DNA of 64,000 bases from Isurus oxyrinchus (Eukaryota): assembly GCA_026770705.1 (NCBI GenBank), contig JANJGN010000003.1, forward strand, positions 96,472,001-96,536,000. Direction: 5' to 3'. Below are positions 1 through 11,092 of this stretch, piece after piece. The position numbers and the translations under genes were made by a program. Position 1 is the first letter of the stretch; each line of letters starts with the position of its first letter. The notes beneath the pieces were generated by a model that searched no databases, had not been told where the DNA came from, and saw only the letters and a program-made list of their open reading frames with translations.

Positions 1-601
1 CCAGGAGTGGCCAGGAAATGGCCCACCGTCCACGATTGGCCCCAACCGCAAATTCACGCTGGCTGGCCAATTAACGGCCAGCCAGCGTGAAAGTCATGCT
101 GAAATGCTCAGTGCTGCTGGGGTGGAGGCTAGAGGAGGGTGAGTGCTGAAGTCAGTGCGGGCGCAGGGAAACACAGAAGGAAATCTCCCTGAAGGCAGAC
201 AGCTGCCTCAAGGAGCTGACGCATTTAAAATCAATAAAGACAGAATTTAAAATCTGGAAAAAAATGCCCATGCATCAGAAAATACGAATGTTGAAAATTA
301 TATCCACACATTTTTATCTGATTTTTAGTTAAGCTCGGCAACCTCATCCCGCCCTTGGATGAGGTTTCCTCAAAAATCCAAAGGCTGCCTGGCCGATTCA
401 CCCGCTTGGCAACTGTAATGTTGGATGGGCAGCGAAAAATCCCCACTAATAGAAACTTTAATGGCCTTAAAAGGCCTCTTAATTATCAGCAGGCACACTG
501 CTGACTCACACACACACGCCTGCCAACCGAAATATTTGCGTGTTATTTTAAGCCCGATTGGGTCAGACGCATGCCCACCCATGGGACATAAAATTCCGCC
601 C
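1..601. mobile_element. Harbinger-type MITE, left end outside the window
   Basis: Ends in AAATTCCGCCC (591-601), the reverse complement of the GGGCGGAATTT terminus seen on other Harbinger elements here. Body is similar to 5537-6249 and shares its internal palindromes. Confidence 0.7.
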
Positions 602-1029
602 TGTGAGTCTGTTCACAGCAAGAGCAGCTGCCTTGCTCAAGAAAAGGGTCTCGAGAAATGTAAACTTTTCAGACCACTGAATTTTCTGATTTTCACGTGA
701 AAATGTGACCTTATTTCATGATTTATTTTTAGCATTTAATCTCTTTTAAATAAATGTTGAAATATTTCTGGCAATATAAAATTTCCCACTTAAAAACAAA
801 GAACTGCATCTATAAGATTGGAATGCCACTATGTAGTCACACTCATTTAGCTGAACCATTTCTCCTTACTTCAGTTATTTGTGACAATTATGAGTTTCTT
901 ACATTGCTCCCTAAGATAATTCACAACATGGAAACAGAGTGTTTGACCGAGCTGCTCTGTGCTGGGGCTTATACTCCACATGAGCCTCATCCCACTCTAA
1001 GGGAACAGGCAGGCATTTCAACAGCCGCA

Positions 1030-2975
1030 GACATGATTCCTGGTTAGTATGTTGCTTCCTTAGTGCCAGGGTTAAGGATATCACCTAGCAGTTGCAGAAT
1101 GTTCTGGGGCAGAAGCAGTGGGAGCTCGTGAACAGCCAGAGGTTATGGTTCATACTGTGACTAATGACAGATAAAAAGGATAAGATGCTCCAGACAGATT
1201 TTAGGGAGCTATGAAAGAAATTAATAAACATTATCTCAGGTTAGTAATTCCTGATTACTCAGGGTGCCATGTGCCAATTAGTATACAAATTGGAGGATTG
1301 AGCCAATGAATGCATGACTAGAGAGATGGTGCAGGAGAGAGAGCTTTAGATTCCTGGGGTTTTGAGATCAGTTCTGGGGTAGGTGGGACCTGTATAAGCT
1401 AGATAGGCTGCCTGGACCATAATTGTCACAAAGTGGATTGCTGTTGCTGATGGAGAGAGTTTGGCAGTGGAGTAGGAACCCGAGAGTAGATTCGGAAGGG
1501 AAAGAAACAAAGTTGGAAATAGAAGGCAGAAAACTAGTGAGAGAGGAGGGCAGAGGAAACAAAGAAAATGGACATCAAAGGAGTTTGGCGGTGCCTGACT
1601 TCAATACAAGGAGTCCAGTGGAGAAGACAGATGAGCTGAGGGTACAGGTAGACACGTGGCAGTATGATATCATAGCCATTACTAAATATGGCTTAAAGGA
1701 GGGCAGGAAAGGCAGCTCAACATTCCTGGTTACAGGATTTGCAGTCAAGGATGGAATTTAATGTTTCCAAAGTGGGAGGCCCAACCAACTTAAGTGGCTG
1801 TTACCACTGGGAGCAGTGGCTGCAGCCAGTAGTGTTACAGTGACCTCACCAGGGATTGTTGCCATATCTCTGCACTCAGGTGAATGAGGGCAGGATGGGA
1901 GTCATGGGAAAGCCATGCAGCTCCTATTTAATCCCTTAGCCACCACTAAATTCTAGTGGGCTCAGAGATAATTGGTGTTAACAAGCTCATTTATGAGCCT
2001 AATTGACATCCCACTGCATGCAGGAGATTTTCCCTCATGGGCCCCTTCCCACCTTTGACTTAATCACGGGAGATTTTCCCACGGCCAGGATACTGATATG
2101 CGGAATCCCCTGCAATTAAATGGGTCCAGCCACCATGTTCGCCATCGTAACAGGCGTATTAAATACTTACTGAGAAACAGCAATCGATAAAATAGGAGGG
2201 GGTCATTCACAATTTTAGTTTCAGAAAGAATTATAACCGTGAGAGGGGAATCATAGGCTAAAAGGATCATCCTATTAGGTTAAACTGAAGAACAAAAAAA
2301 AAAGAGCAATCAGACTGCTTGGAGTTTACTATAGACCCCCCAAGCTGTCAAACGGTGATAGAAGAGCAAATATGAAGACAAATTTTAGGCAGTGAAGCTG
2401 GGCAGGTGAAAGGGGGAACAATGTGGTGGCAGTAATCACAATTCAGTTAGATTAAACATAGTTCCAGAAAAGCACAAAGATAAAAGTTCTCAATTGGAAA
2501 AGGCCAAATTGACAAAGCTGAGATGTGATTTAGCAAGAATAGATTGGATACAGCTACTTGAATGGAAATCAATGTCAGAGCAGTAGGAGGCATTCAAGGG
2601 GGAGACAATGAAGGTTCAAAGCAATTAGGTTCCCAGAACAAAAAAGGGACTCACATATCTAGAGGCCCGGGATGTCAAGGAGCAGACTGAACAGGATAAG
2701 ACAAAAAAAAAACTCAGATACCGAGAGTCCAATACTTCAGAAAGCCTAGAGGAGTATAAGAAGTACAGTGGTGAAAGTAAAAAGGAAATCAGGAAACTAA
2801 GAAAGCGCATGAAAATATATTGGCAAGCAAAATCAAGAAAAAACCCAAAGATGTTTTATCAATGCATAAAGAGCAAGGAGACACCTAAGTACAGGTTAGG
2901 GTCAATTTGAAACCAAAAATGGTTAACTTATCTGTAGAGGCAGAAGGCATGTACATGTTTCTTAATGAATATATT
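1030..2975 (+). mobile_element. Degenerate CR1 LINE: ORF1 esterase region plus ORF2 endonuclease region
   Basis: Remnants CFLSARVKD (ORF1 esterase-like) and NTRS..KTDELRVQVDTWQYDIIAIT (APE endonuclease start), with YRPP near 2330. Homologous to the CR1 copies at 40024-42852 and 49260-53325. Many stops and frameshifts. Confidence 0.8.
1749..2170. mobile_element. Putative MITE inserted in the CR1 endonuclease region (approximate ends)
   Basis: CR1 homology stops near 1750 and resumes near 2170. The insert begins with a GATGGAATTT terminus-like motif. Confidence 0.4.
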
Positions 2976-3590
2976 GGGCCAGATTTTCATTGCCAAGGTG
3001 GGTAGCTCGAGTTGGGAAATTTCCTAGCTCAGCTCACGAACCTCAGGGAAAATTGCCCCAAATGGTAGACTTTTCCTCTGATTTGGCAGTTGCCAGACCT
3101 CTCTTGGCACACCTCCCTTGGACACAGATTGAGGGTGGCCGCAGGGGCTGCTGCACGCCAAGGCAGGCTGTTTAAAAGGCCCACCTCAGTTCTCTGAAAA
3201 TTTGTCCCAGGCCCTCTACCCTTTACTCTTCACATCCCCTCACATTCCACCCACTCCCCATGACAATACATGCCAACGCATGCTACCCCATGCCCTCCAC
3301 CCACACCCATGGCCCCTTATAGTCCCTATGCCAACTTAGTGTCAACTCACACCCCTCCCACCCAGTACCCTTTGCCCTTTCACCCCCCCCCATGCCAACT
3401 CACCATGTATCCACCATGGGCAGACTACAGGTCTCGCATGTTGATTCCCTCATCACCTGCTGCAGGCCCAATATAGCAGCTATCACCTTCAAGACTTGGC
3501 CAGCTTAGTCAGTGTGCACAGCCACTCTTGGTGATGGGCATTGAAGTCACTCACCCAAAATGTATTGGAAAGGCTTATTGTCCTTAGCAG
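2976..3590. mobile_element. Partial Harbinger-type MITE, same family as 13018-14135, opposite orientation
   Basis: Starts GGGCCAGATTTT. CCCTATGCCAACTTAGTGTCAACTCA (about 3324-3349) matches the reverse complement of about 13679-13706. Confidence 0.6.
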
Positions 3591-3591
3591 A

Positions 3592-3860
3592 CAGGTCAAT
3601 AACAATTGGATATAAATTTAATATAACTGGCAGAAGGATTAGAAAGGTGTTGAGGAGACCTTTTTCCATCCGGAGGTGGTGGGGGCCTGGAACTCACTGT
3701 CTTAAAGGATTATAGAGGCAGAAACCCTCCACACATTTAAAAAAATACTTGGATAACTTACAAGGACCAAGAGCTGGAATGCGGGATTAGGCTGGATAGC
3801 CCCTTTTCAGCCCACAGGCACAGAAGAGACCAACATGCCTCCTTCTGTGACATAAATATG
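3592..3860 (+). mobile_element. CR1 ORF2 C-terminus and 3' UTR fragment
   Basis: Encodes RRWWGPGTH/VVGAWNSL-type CR1 C-terminal motif (GGAGGTGGTGGGGGCCTGGAACTCACTG). Probably continues the CR1 at 1030-2975 after a deletion. Confidence 0.65.
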
Positions 3861-3867
3861 AGTCAAT

Positions 3868-3995
3868 GGGCAGGACTTTGCAACCCCACCCACTGCCAGG
3901 ATCGTCCAGTCCTGCCGAAAGTCAATGAACATTTGGCTGGGCTGCCACATCCCCCACAGCGAGTCCTGCCATTGCAGTGCAGGACCATCCCAGCC
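3868..3995. mobile_element. About 130-bp Harbinger-type mini-MITE
   Basis: Imperfect terminal inverted repeats GGGCAGGACTTTGCA / TGCAGGACCATCCCAGCC. Central AAGTCAATG motif shared with 6389-6521 and 16185-16301. Confidence 0.55.
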
Positions 3996-3999
3996 TATG

Positions 4000-4460
4000 A
4001 TTCTTTAATTGCCTCTTCCATTTTATACATGTATCCCTCTATTCCTTTTCCCTCATGTATGATCAGACTTCTGCTTAAATGTGCTCTCTGGTTCAACTTG
4101 TCCATGTGACAATCAGTTCCACTTTCTGTATAAAGACTCGCTTCTAAACACTTATTTGACTTGTTAGTCACCATTTAATGTTTATGCCCTCTTGTTTAGA
4201 CTCACCCAAAATTGGAACCAGTTTCTCCACATCCACACTCATAAACCTTTTCATAAAGCCCTCCACCAAGTCTACTCTTACTCTTTTCTTTCCTGAGCAA
4301 AGGAGGCAGCCTGCTCAATCTTCCCTAATTGTTGCCTCCTCTCAATTCTGGTAACATCCTTCTCAATCTTTATTTTCAGTCTCTCCAGTGTTATAATTTC
4401 CTTGTTGCATGGAGACCAGAACTGCATACAGTACTCCAAGCATTGCCCAATCAAGGTAAT
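4000..4460 (-). mobile_element. Old CR1 3' fragment
   Basis: CCAGAACTGCATACAGTACTCCAAG is the reverse complement of the CR1 LEYCXQFW motif. Confidence 0.6.
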
Positions 4461-5536
4461 ATATTAAAAATTGCCTCTTTACTTTTTACTATCATTTTAT
4501 ATTTTATATATAGACAAGTTAGTTTCTTTTGGGGTCACAGTAGCTATCAAATATGAGAGATTTTAACCCATTTGTATGACCTACCAATGAACTCAAATTG
4601 AATCAAGCCCTCACCTGATACATTACTCAGAACCCAAAGCTAATTTCAAAATAAACTCTGTAAATACAGAGAATATTTTATTCATATTTTATAGTTTGAA
4701 TAGACCATTTATTGCTTAGAATGATATTTAGTGTGCCCCATTTGAACAATTGGGTTGATTACAAAAGCACTAAAAAATGTTTATGTATTTATCAAAATGA
4801 GATCTCAGCTTGTAACTGAACAAGCCAAAAACTTTTTCTTTAATTTCTTTGGATATAATTTATGTTTGAATAACTAATGTTTTCAAGAGGCATCTGAGTA
4901 GAGGTCAGGTTTAAATTTATATAAAAACACGGAAAATATGGGTTCAATTACTTTAATTCAAAACATAGAACTGGACTATATTGCTGAGACTATGAACAGA
5001 AACAAAAGGACAAGTGGTAAGCTTATTTTAGTTAGACTTTTAGATGTTCCACATTTTCCAATTAATAATTTGATTAAAATGAAATAACAGATATTTTTAA
5101 AATCAGGTTAGAAGTATAGGACACGGGGCTATGTGATTGCTCACAACATTTGGTACATACATAAGAAAATAAACATACATTTAAACCTGTAACCACAGAA
5201 ACATCTTTTACCAGGGACAGGATTGAGATTACACTGGTAATTATATAAATTTTATTGAGATTTTAGCAATAACTTTACACATTTTCACACAGTTGCTTAA
5301 TAAAATCAAACATTTATAGAATCTTACACGGAAGGAGGTCATTCATCCCATCATGACTATGCCAACTCTGAAACAGCACTCCAATTAATCCCACTCGCCC
5401 TTTCTTTTTCCATTGATCTTTCATAACTTAATTTTTCGGCAGTTGTATTTAAGCCATTAAATGTAATTTATTGAATGCAACCTTAGTACAATGGAATCTT
5501 TATGCAACTGATAATTCAATAGTGTTTAGTGATATC

Positions 5537-6249
5537 GGCCTGAATTTTCCCCGCATCAGGCAGGCTCAGCGGGAGCGAGCAGGGGCGGTCGCGATCGACT
5601 CCGCACTACCATTTTATGCAGGCAGGCCAATGAAGGCCTGCCCAGCGTAATACGTGAGTGGGAGGGTGGGAGGAGGAATGAGAGTTGGGACCAGCACTCC
5701 GCGCTCAAGAGAGCGCTTCAATCTCCCTGAGGCACAGAGCTGCCTTAGGGAGATTGAAACGCTTTTGAAAATAATAAATAAAATCAATAAAAGTTTAATG
5801 AAACAAGTCCCCTCATGTGTCACATGAGATGGGACATGTGTTGATTTTTCAGGAAAACTTTTTTATTTAATTCATAACTGCTTTAGGAAACCTCATCCCG
5901 CTCGTGTCTAAAGAAGAGGTCGTTAACATCAGATAGTGACTAACAGGTCAAATCCCGCTTGTGGATGAAGTTTCCTAAAAAAAGTAAAGGCTGCTTGGCC
6001 ATTCTGCCTGCTCACCAACCGTAAGATTGGACAGGCAGTGTTAACTTTGATATTAATTAATTAGTTAATGGCCTTAATAGGCCTATCAAGATTCGGTGGG
6101 CGCACAGCCAGCTCTGACTACGTGGCTGCCAAACAAAACATTGCAAGGCAACGCGGTGATGTAGGGACACACGCCCCACATCATTGCGCACCATTTTACA
6201 CACCGGCATGTCGGGCCCGTCCCCACTCACCGACTGAAAAATCCTGGCC
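5537..6249. mobile_element. Complete Harbinger-type MITE with ATC target-site duplication
   Basis: Termini GGCCTGAATTTT ... AAAATCCTGGCC, flanked on both sides by ATC. A 3-bp TSD is typical of PIF/Harbinger. Confidence 0.8.
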
Positions 6250-6388
6250 ATCAGAATTGGAGAATTATGAATAACGAAATCCTCACAATATTTGGGGAGG
6301 CCGGAATATCTTGCCTGTATTCGTATTAATTATGTGAATATATAAATTTATGTCCATCAGAAAGTATTTAACATTCCCATAAAAACTA

Positions 6389-6521
6389 TGGCTGGGATTT
6401 TCCAGCCCTGTCATGGCAGGACCCACCAGGGGAGATTCCGCTACCCAACCAAATGTCCGTCCATTAACTTTCAGCGAGACCGGACAATCCCACCCGTGGG
6501 TGGGGCTAGAAAATCCAACTC
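6389..6521. mobile_element. About 130-bp Harbinger-type mini-MITE
   Basis: TIRs GGCTGGGATTTTCCAGCCC / GGGGCTAGAAAATCCAACTC. Confidence 0.6.
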
Positions 6522-6769
6522 GATATAAAAGCATCTTATATAAAGAAGAGGCTTGAGACAAATGTATTGGAAAAGCTGTAAATCAGGCCTGAGTTCCAGC
6601 CTTGGGTCTGGGAGGCTGCAGGACCTTGTAATGAGTGGAGCTTTCTTGTTCCACAAATAAAGCCAGCAGCATATCAGTGAGTGAGGCTGAGAGCAGAGAC
6701 TCACATTCCAGAACTCCCTGTGTCCCTAGTTCCCCCAGAATATCAGTGACCATTATCAAGTCTTAATTC

Positions 6770-7257
6770 TCTGGATGAATGCAGCTCCAGCAACACTCAA
6801 GAAGCTTGACACCATCCAGGACAAATCAACCCCCTTGATTGGCACCCCTTCCACAAACATTTTCTGCTTCCACCACAGACGCACAGAGCCAGCAGTGTGT
6901 ATCATCTACAAGATCCACTGCAGAAACTCACCAAGGCTCCTTAGACAGGATCTTCCAAGCACCACCACTAGCATCTAGAAGGGCAAGGGCAGCAGATAGA
7001 TGAGAACACCACCACCTGGAAGTTCCCCTCCAAGCCACTCACAATCCTGACCTGGAAATATATCGCCGTTCATTCACTGTCGCTGGGTCAAAATCCTGCA
7101 TCTCCCTCCCTAACAACACTATGGGTATACCTATGCTACAGGGACTGCAGTGGTTTAAGAAGGCAGCTCCTCACCACCTTCTCAAGGGCAATTAGGGATG
7201 GGCAATAAATGCTAGCCTAGCCAATGATGCCCACATTCCATAAATGAATAGAAAAAT
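6770..7257 (+). mobile_element. 5'-truncated CR1-group LINE (family 2), 3' end
   Basis: AAPATLKKLDTIQDK ORF end and tail GGGCAATTAGGGATGGGCAATAAATGCT...ATGAAT. Matches the copies at 17980, 22485 and 25506. Confidence 0.85.
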
Positions 7258-7614
7258 ATGGAATGCTGATAGTGTAAGTGTTAATTTATTTTGGAACATA
7301 TATTGTAAGACTGTTCAAGTTAAGCAGTTGGCGGCGGAATCTTCCCAGATTTGCACAAAGTGCAGTAGCGGGCTCGAGAAAGAACATTTTAACCGCAATG
7401 ACGGGTTTTTGTGCCTTATTGGTGTATTCCCGGTGCATCTGGCCTCATTAATAATGCATTCCCAGAAAACATACCAGATAGGGGGTGAGGCAGTCTCCGA
7501 TTCGTCCACCCCACTGTCACATCAGGCCTTCAGTAATCATGGCGCCATATTTAAAGATTGCCCCTGCACAGAACTAGCTCTCTCTAAGTGATCGGAACCT
7601 GCTGCAAAGTCAGG

Positions 7615-8508
7615 GCTGCCAAAGGGAGGGAACACGCTGCCCCCAAATTTAGCGACACCTACCTCAAGCGCCTACTAGATGTGGTGGAGGCCCGCCATGA
7701 AGTCCTCTACCCACGCTGTGGTTGAAGTCGAGCAAGGAAGGTCACCAATCCATAATGGGAGGCGGTGGCAGCGGTGGTCAGCGCCAACGCCCTGCAAAAG
7801 AGGACAACCAACCAGTGCCAAAAGATGATGAAGGAGGTTCTCTTCCATTTCGCCAGGGTAAATCACTCTTCTCACTCTCAACTCACGCATTCACAAACCC
7901 ATCACACATCCACAGGGATCTCACTGCCAGTTCAGGGGATATCACCATTCACTCTCACAACCTTCATCTGCCCTGTGGATCATGTCCTCATCCCATCCAT
8001 GGCATCGGTCACCACCCACACATGCCAGGCATCCTTCTCATCTGGCCTAGCAGGCGTCCTGTTTACACCCCCTCCATCTGTACCCATGTAGGACAAGCTG
8101 GCACACAGAGGGAGAGATCACAGACTGGTGGAGCAATGCCTGATACCAGGGTCCTGACAGACTTTGAAAATACAGTCATCCAGCTGGCCAGCGATGATCT
8201 GGACCGTTCCTGTGCTGAAGGTGAAGTGGGTGGTGTTCAACCAAGTTAGGATCCAGCAGTGCAACATCCATCAGGCAACCATGTTCTGAGTCAGTTCCCC
8301 TGTTTCGCAGTCCACTGCCATGCACGAATAATCTCTCCTCCCTTTTGCAGGGCTATCTGGGAAGCAGCCAAGGGGATCCATGAGCCAGGCCCTCAACTCA
8401 AGCCCCAAAGACACATTGGAAAAAGAATCTGATGACACTCTAACTGAAGACCAGGTCGGGGGAGCACCAAGACATAGCAACAGAATCAGGAAAGTTAAAA
8501 AGGTGTAG
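7615..8508 (+). pseudogene. Harbinger Myb/SANT-like DNA-binding gene (spliced, internally deleted)
   Basis: APKFSDTYLKRLLDVVEARHEVLYP and WEAVAAVVSANALQKRTTNQCQK, GT-AG intron about 7858-8090, then DKLAH..ERSQTGG and a basic tail GAPRHSNRIRKVKKV*. Lacks a long middle segment present in copy C. Confidence 0.8.
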
Positions 8509-8582
8509 TTGCACAGCCTGAGAACAGATGTTAATTAGTTGTACTTAATGTTCACTATTGTAAATAAACTCCCAAGAATGTC

Positions 8583-9208
8583 ATAAAAACAAAAAACTGC
8601 GGATGCTGGAAATCCACTGCATTGCTCCAGTGAAGCCCAACACAAACTGGAGGAACAGCACCTCCTCTTCCAACTAGGCACTTTACAGCCTTCCGGACTG
8701 AATACTGAATTCAACAACTTTAGGTCTTGAGCTCCCTCCTCCATCCCCACCCCCTTTCTGTTTCTTCCCCCTTCCTTTTGTTTTGTCCAATAATTTATAT
8801 AGATTTTTCTTTTCTCACTTATTTCCATTATTTTTAAATCTTTTATGCTCCCCCACCCCCACTAGAGCTGTACCTTGAGTGCCCTACCATTCATTTTTAA
8901 TTAGCATATTCGTTTAGATAATATCACCAACTTCAACACCTATGTGTTCTTTTGTTCTTTTGTCTGTGACATCTTTTGATTATCTGCTCCTATCACTGCT
9001 TGCTTGTCCCTACAACCACACCACCCCCTCCACTTCTCTCCCCCCACCCAACCCCCTCCCCCCCACCTTAAACCAGCTTATATTTCACCCCTCTCCTTGG
9101 ATTCACCTAGTTCTGTTGAAGGGTCATGAGGGCTCGAAATGTCAACTCTTTTCTTCTCCACCGATGCTGCCAGACCTGCTGAGTTTTTCCAGGTAATTCT
9201 GTTTTTGT
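8583..9208 (+). mobile_element. Penelope-like retroelement 3' fragment with inverted 5' terminal piece and 13-bp TSD
   Basis: GIY-YIG domain end LHCSSEAQHKLEEQHLLFQLGTLQPSGLNTEFNNFRS*. Flanked by TCCCAAGAATGTC at 8570-8582 and 9209-9221. The first 33 bp or so are the reverse complement of the family 3' tail seen at 25294-25330. Confidence 0.85.
9109..9147 (+). ncRNA. Minimal hammerhead-ribozyme-like motif in Penelope terminal repeat
   Basis: AGTT-CTGTTGA-A-GGGTC(ATGAG)GGCTC-GAAA-TG-TC-AACT: stem I AGTT/AACT, stem II hairpin, GAAA box, GUC triplet. The core has U instead of the canonical A6. Confidence 0.55.
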
Positions 9209-9857
9209 TCCCAAGAATGTCTCCTTGCCTATGGCTGCTTGGTATGATGAGCAGTGTTCATGTCACTCAGATGTGAACCTTTGGTTCCTGCAAAAGATAG
9301 AGGCTGGTGTCTCTGTCCAGGGCCTCTTCCCTGTTCAGTGTGTAACCTTCAGACCAAAGTAATGGTCCAGTTTCACACTTACTGAACACATTAGTGATGC
9401 CTGCACCTGTCATTGCTGCCAGAATATAGTGGGCAGGTGTCACACAGTTCCATCATTCTGTCTGTGTGCTCTCAGCACCTTTGAGGTGTGGCTGGGACCC
9501 CATCTCTTCAGCATCTATGACCAGTGATGCTGTGCTCCTGAAAGGGTCAATGCTCCTGAAGGCTGACAAAGGATCAGGTGCATTTAAAGTTTCATGGCTA
9601 CATCTCTATGATATCACCCTGATCACAGAACGCAAGTGGGCTGCCCTCAGCCAGACAGAAGTCAGGCATTCACAGAGGCTATGTGAAGATCTATGGAGTG
9701 TCCTCACTGCATGTCGTCATCATCCTCCTGGAATCTAGCGACTATTAGGGCCGCTGCTCTGTCTGCATAGCATGAACCTGAGCACTGAGGGCACTGCCAT
9801 CAGCCAAACATGGAGTTAAATGTTCGCAAGAACAAGGTAAGGATGTCAGGACTGTCC

Positions 9858-11092
9858 TCACTGCATCTCATCATCATCCTCCACAAACCGTGAGGCTATG
9901 AGGGCCTCCTGAGTGCGCCTGCCTCATCTGACTAGTGTAATGGCCTCATCGGCGGCATACTCGCCTTCAAGGACCTCACCATCTTCATCCCCTTCGACGC
10001 CCTCCTCTTCGGAGCATAGGTGCAGCCCCTTCATCTCCTCCTCAACCATGTCCTCCCCACCGATGCAGTGCCAGGTTGTGGAACACTGAACAAGCAACGA
10101 TGATGTGCTACACCCTCTGGGGACTGTTTTGCAGTGCTCCACCACTGGAACCTCATTTTCAAGATGCCCATCATTTGCTCCACCAAAGTCCAAGTCACGG
10201 TGGGAGCCTCATTATACCATTGCTCTGCTGCAGTCTGAGCCCGCCATATGGGCATCATCAGCCACATCCTTTGTGGATGGCCCTCGTCCCCAAGGAACCA
10301 ACCCTGCAGCCCCTGTGGACCCTGGAAGATGTCAGGGATCTGAGACCTGCTGAGGAAGTAGGAGTCATGGAAGCTTCCTGGGAATCATGTGCAGACCTAT
10401 TGGATTTGTGGTGGTTGAACACCAGCTGAACATTCAGCTAGTGTTGACATAGTTGGCTGCTTGTTGCCAAGAAGCTGTAAGTGCCATTGAGTGCAGTCGA
10501 TGGCGCCCTGCATATGTGGAAAACCAAAGTTCAGCAGAAATCCCACCACTCTTGCTTCCTGACTTTCCTGATCCTGGGCAAAATGCACAAAGTTCTGTGC
10601 CTTCATGAAGATGGCGTCCATGACCTCTTGGATATACTTGTGCATGGAGCCTTGCAAAATCCACACAGGTCACCTGTGGAGCCCTGAAAGGAGCCACTGG
10701 TGTAAAAATTGAGCGCTGTGGTCATTTTCACAGCCACTGGCAGTGGATGCCCTCCACATCCCCGTGGCACCAAATCCTGCAGCAGGTGGCATATGTGACC
10801 GACCAGTTCCCTATACATGCACGGTCTTCAGTGACACTGGTTCTCAGTCATCTGCAGGAATGACAAGCGCCGTCTATAGACCCTGGGTCTAGTGAGGTAA
10901 CTGTAAGCGATGTCTCGCTATGGATCTTCAGCTGCATGCACAGCAGGCCTTGCCACCCCTTCATCGTGAGGGAGATGCTCCTCCCTTTGCCGAGCCAGGC
11001 ACCTCCGCCACTCTCCTTTTCTTCTTCTCTGGTTTCTGTAAGCCATGAAGCATACCGCTACCACTAGGTTTGATAATCCTGATGTTCTGCTC
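9858..11092 (-). pseudogene. Harbinger DDE transposase (HARBI1-like), copy A
   Basis: [57 protein letters not shown] and VEQMMGILKMRF, split across frames. Ends EALIASRFVEDDDEMQ*. Confidence 0.88.
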
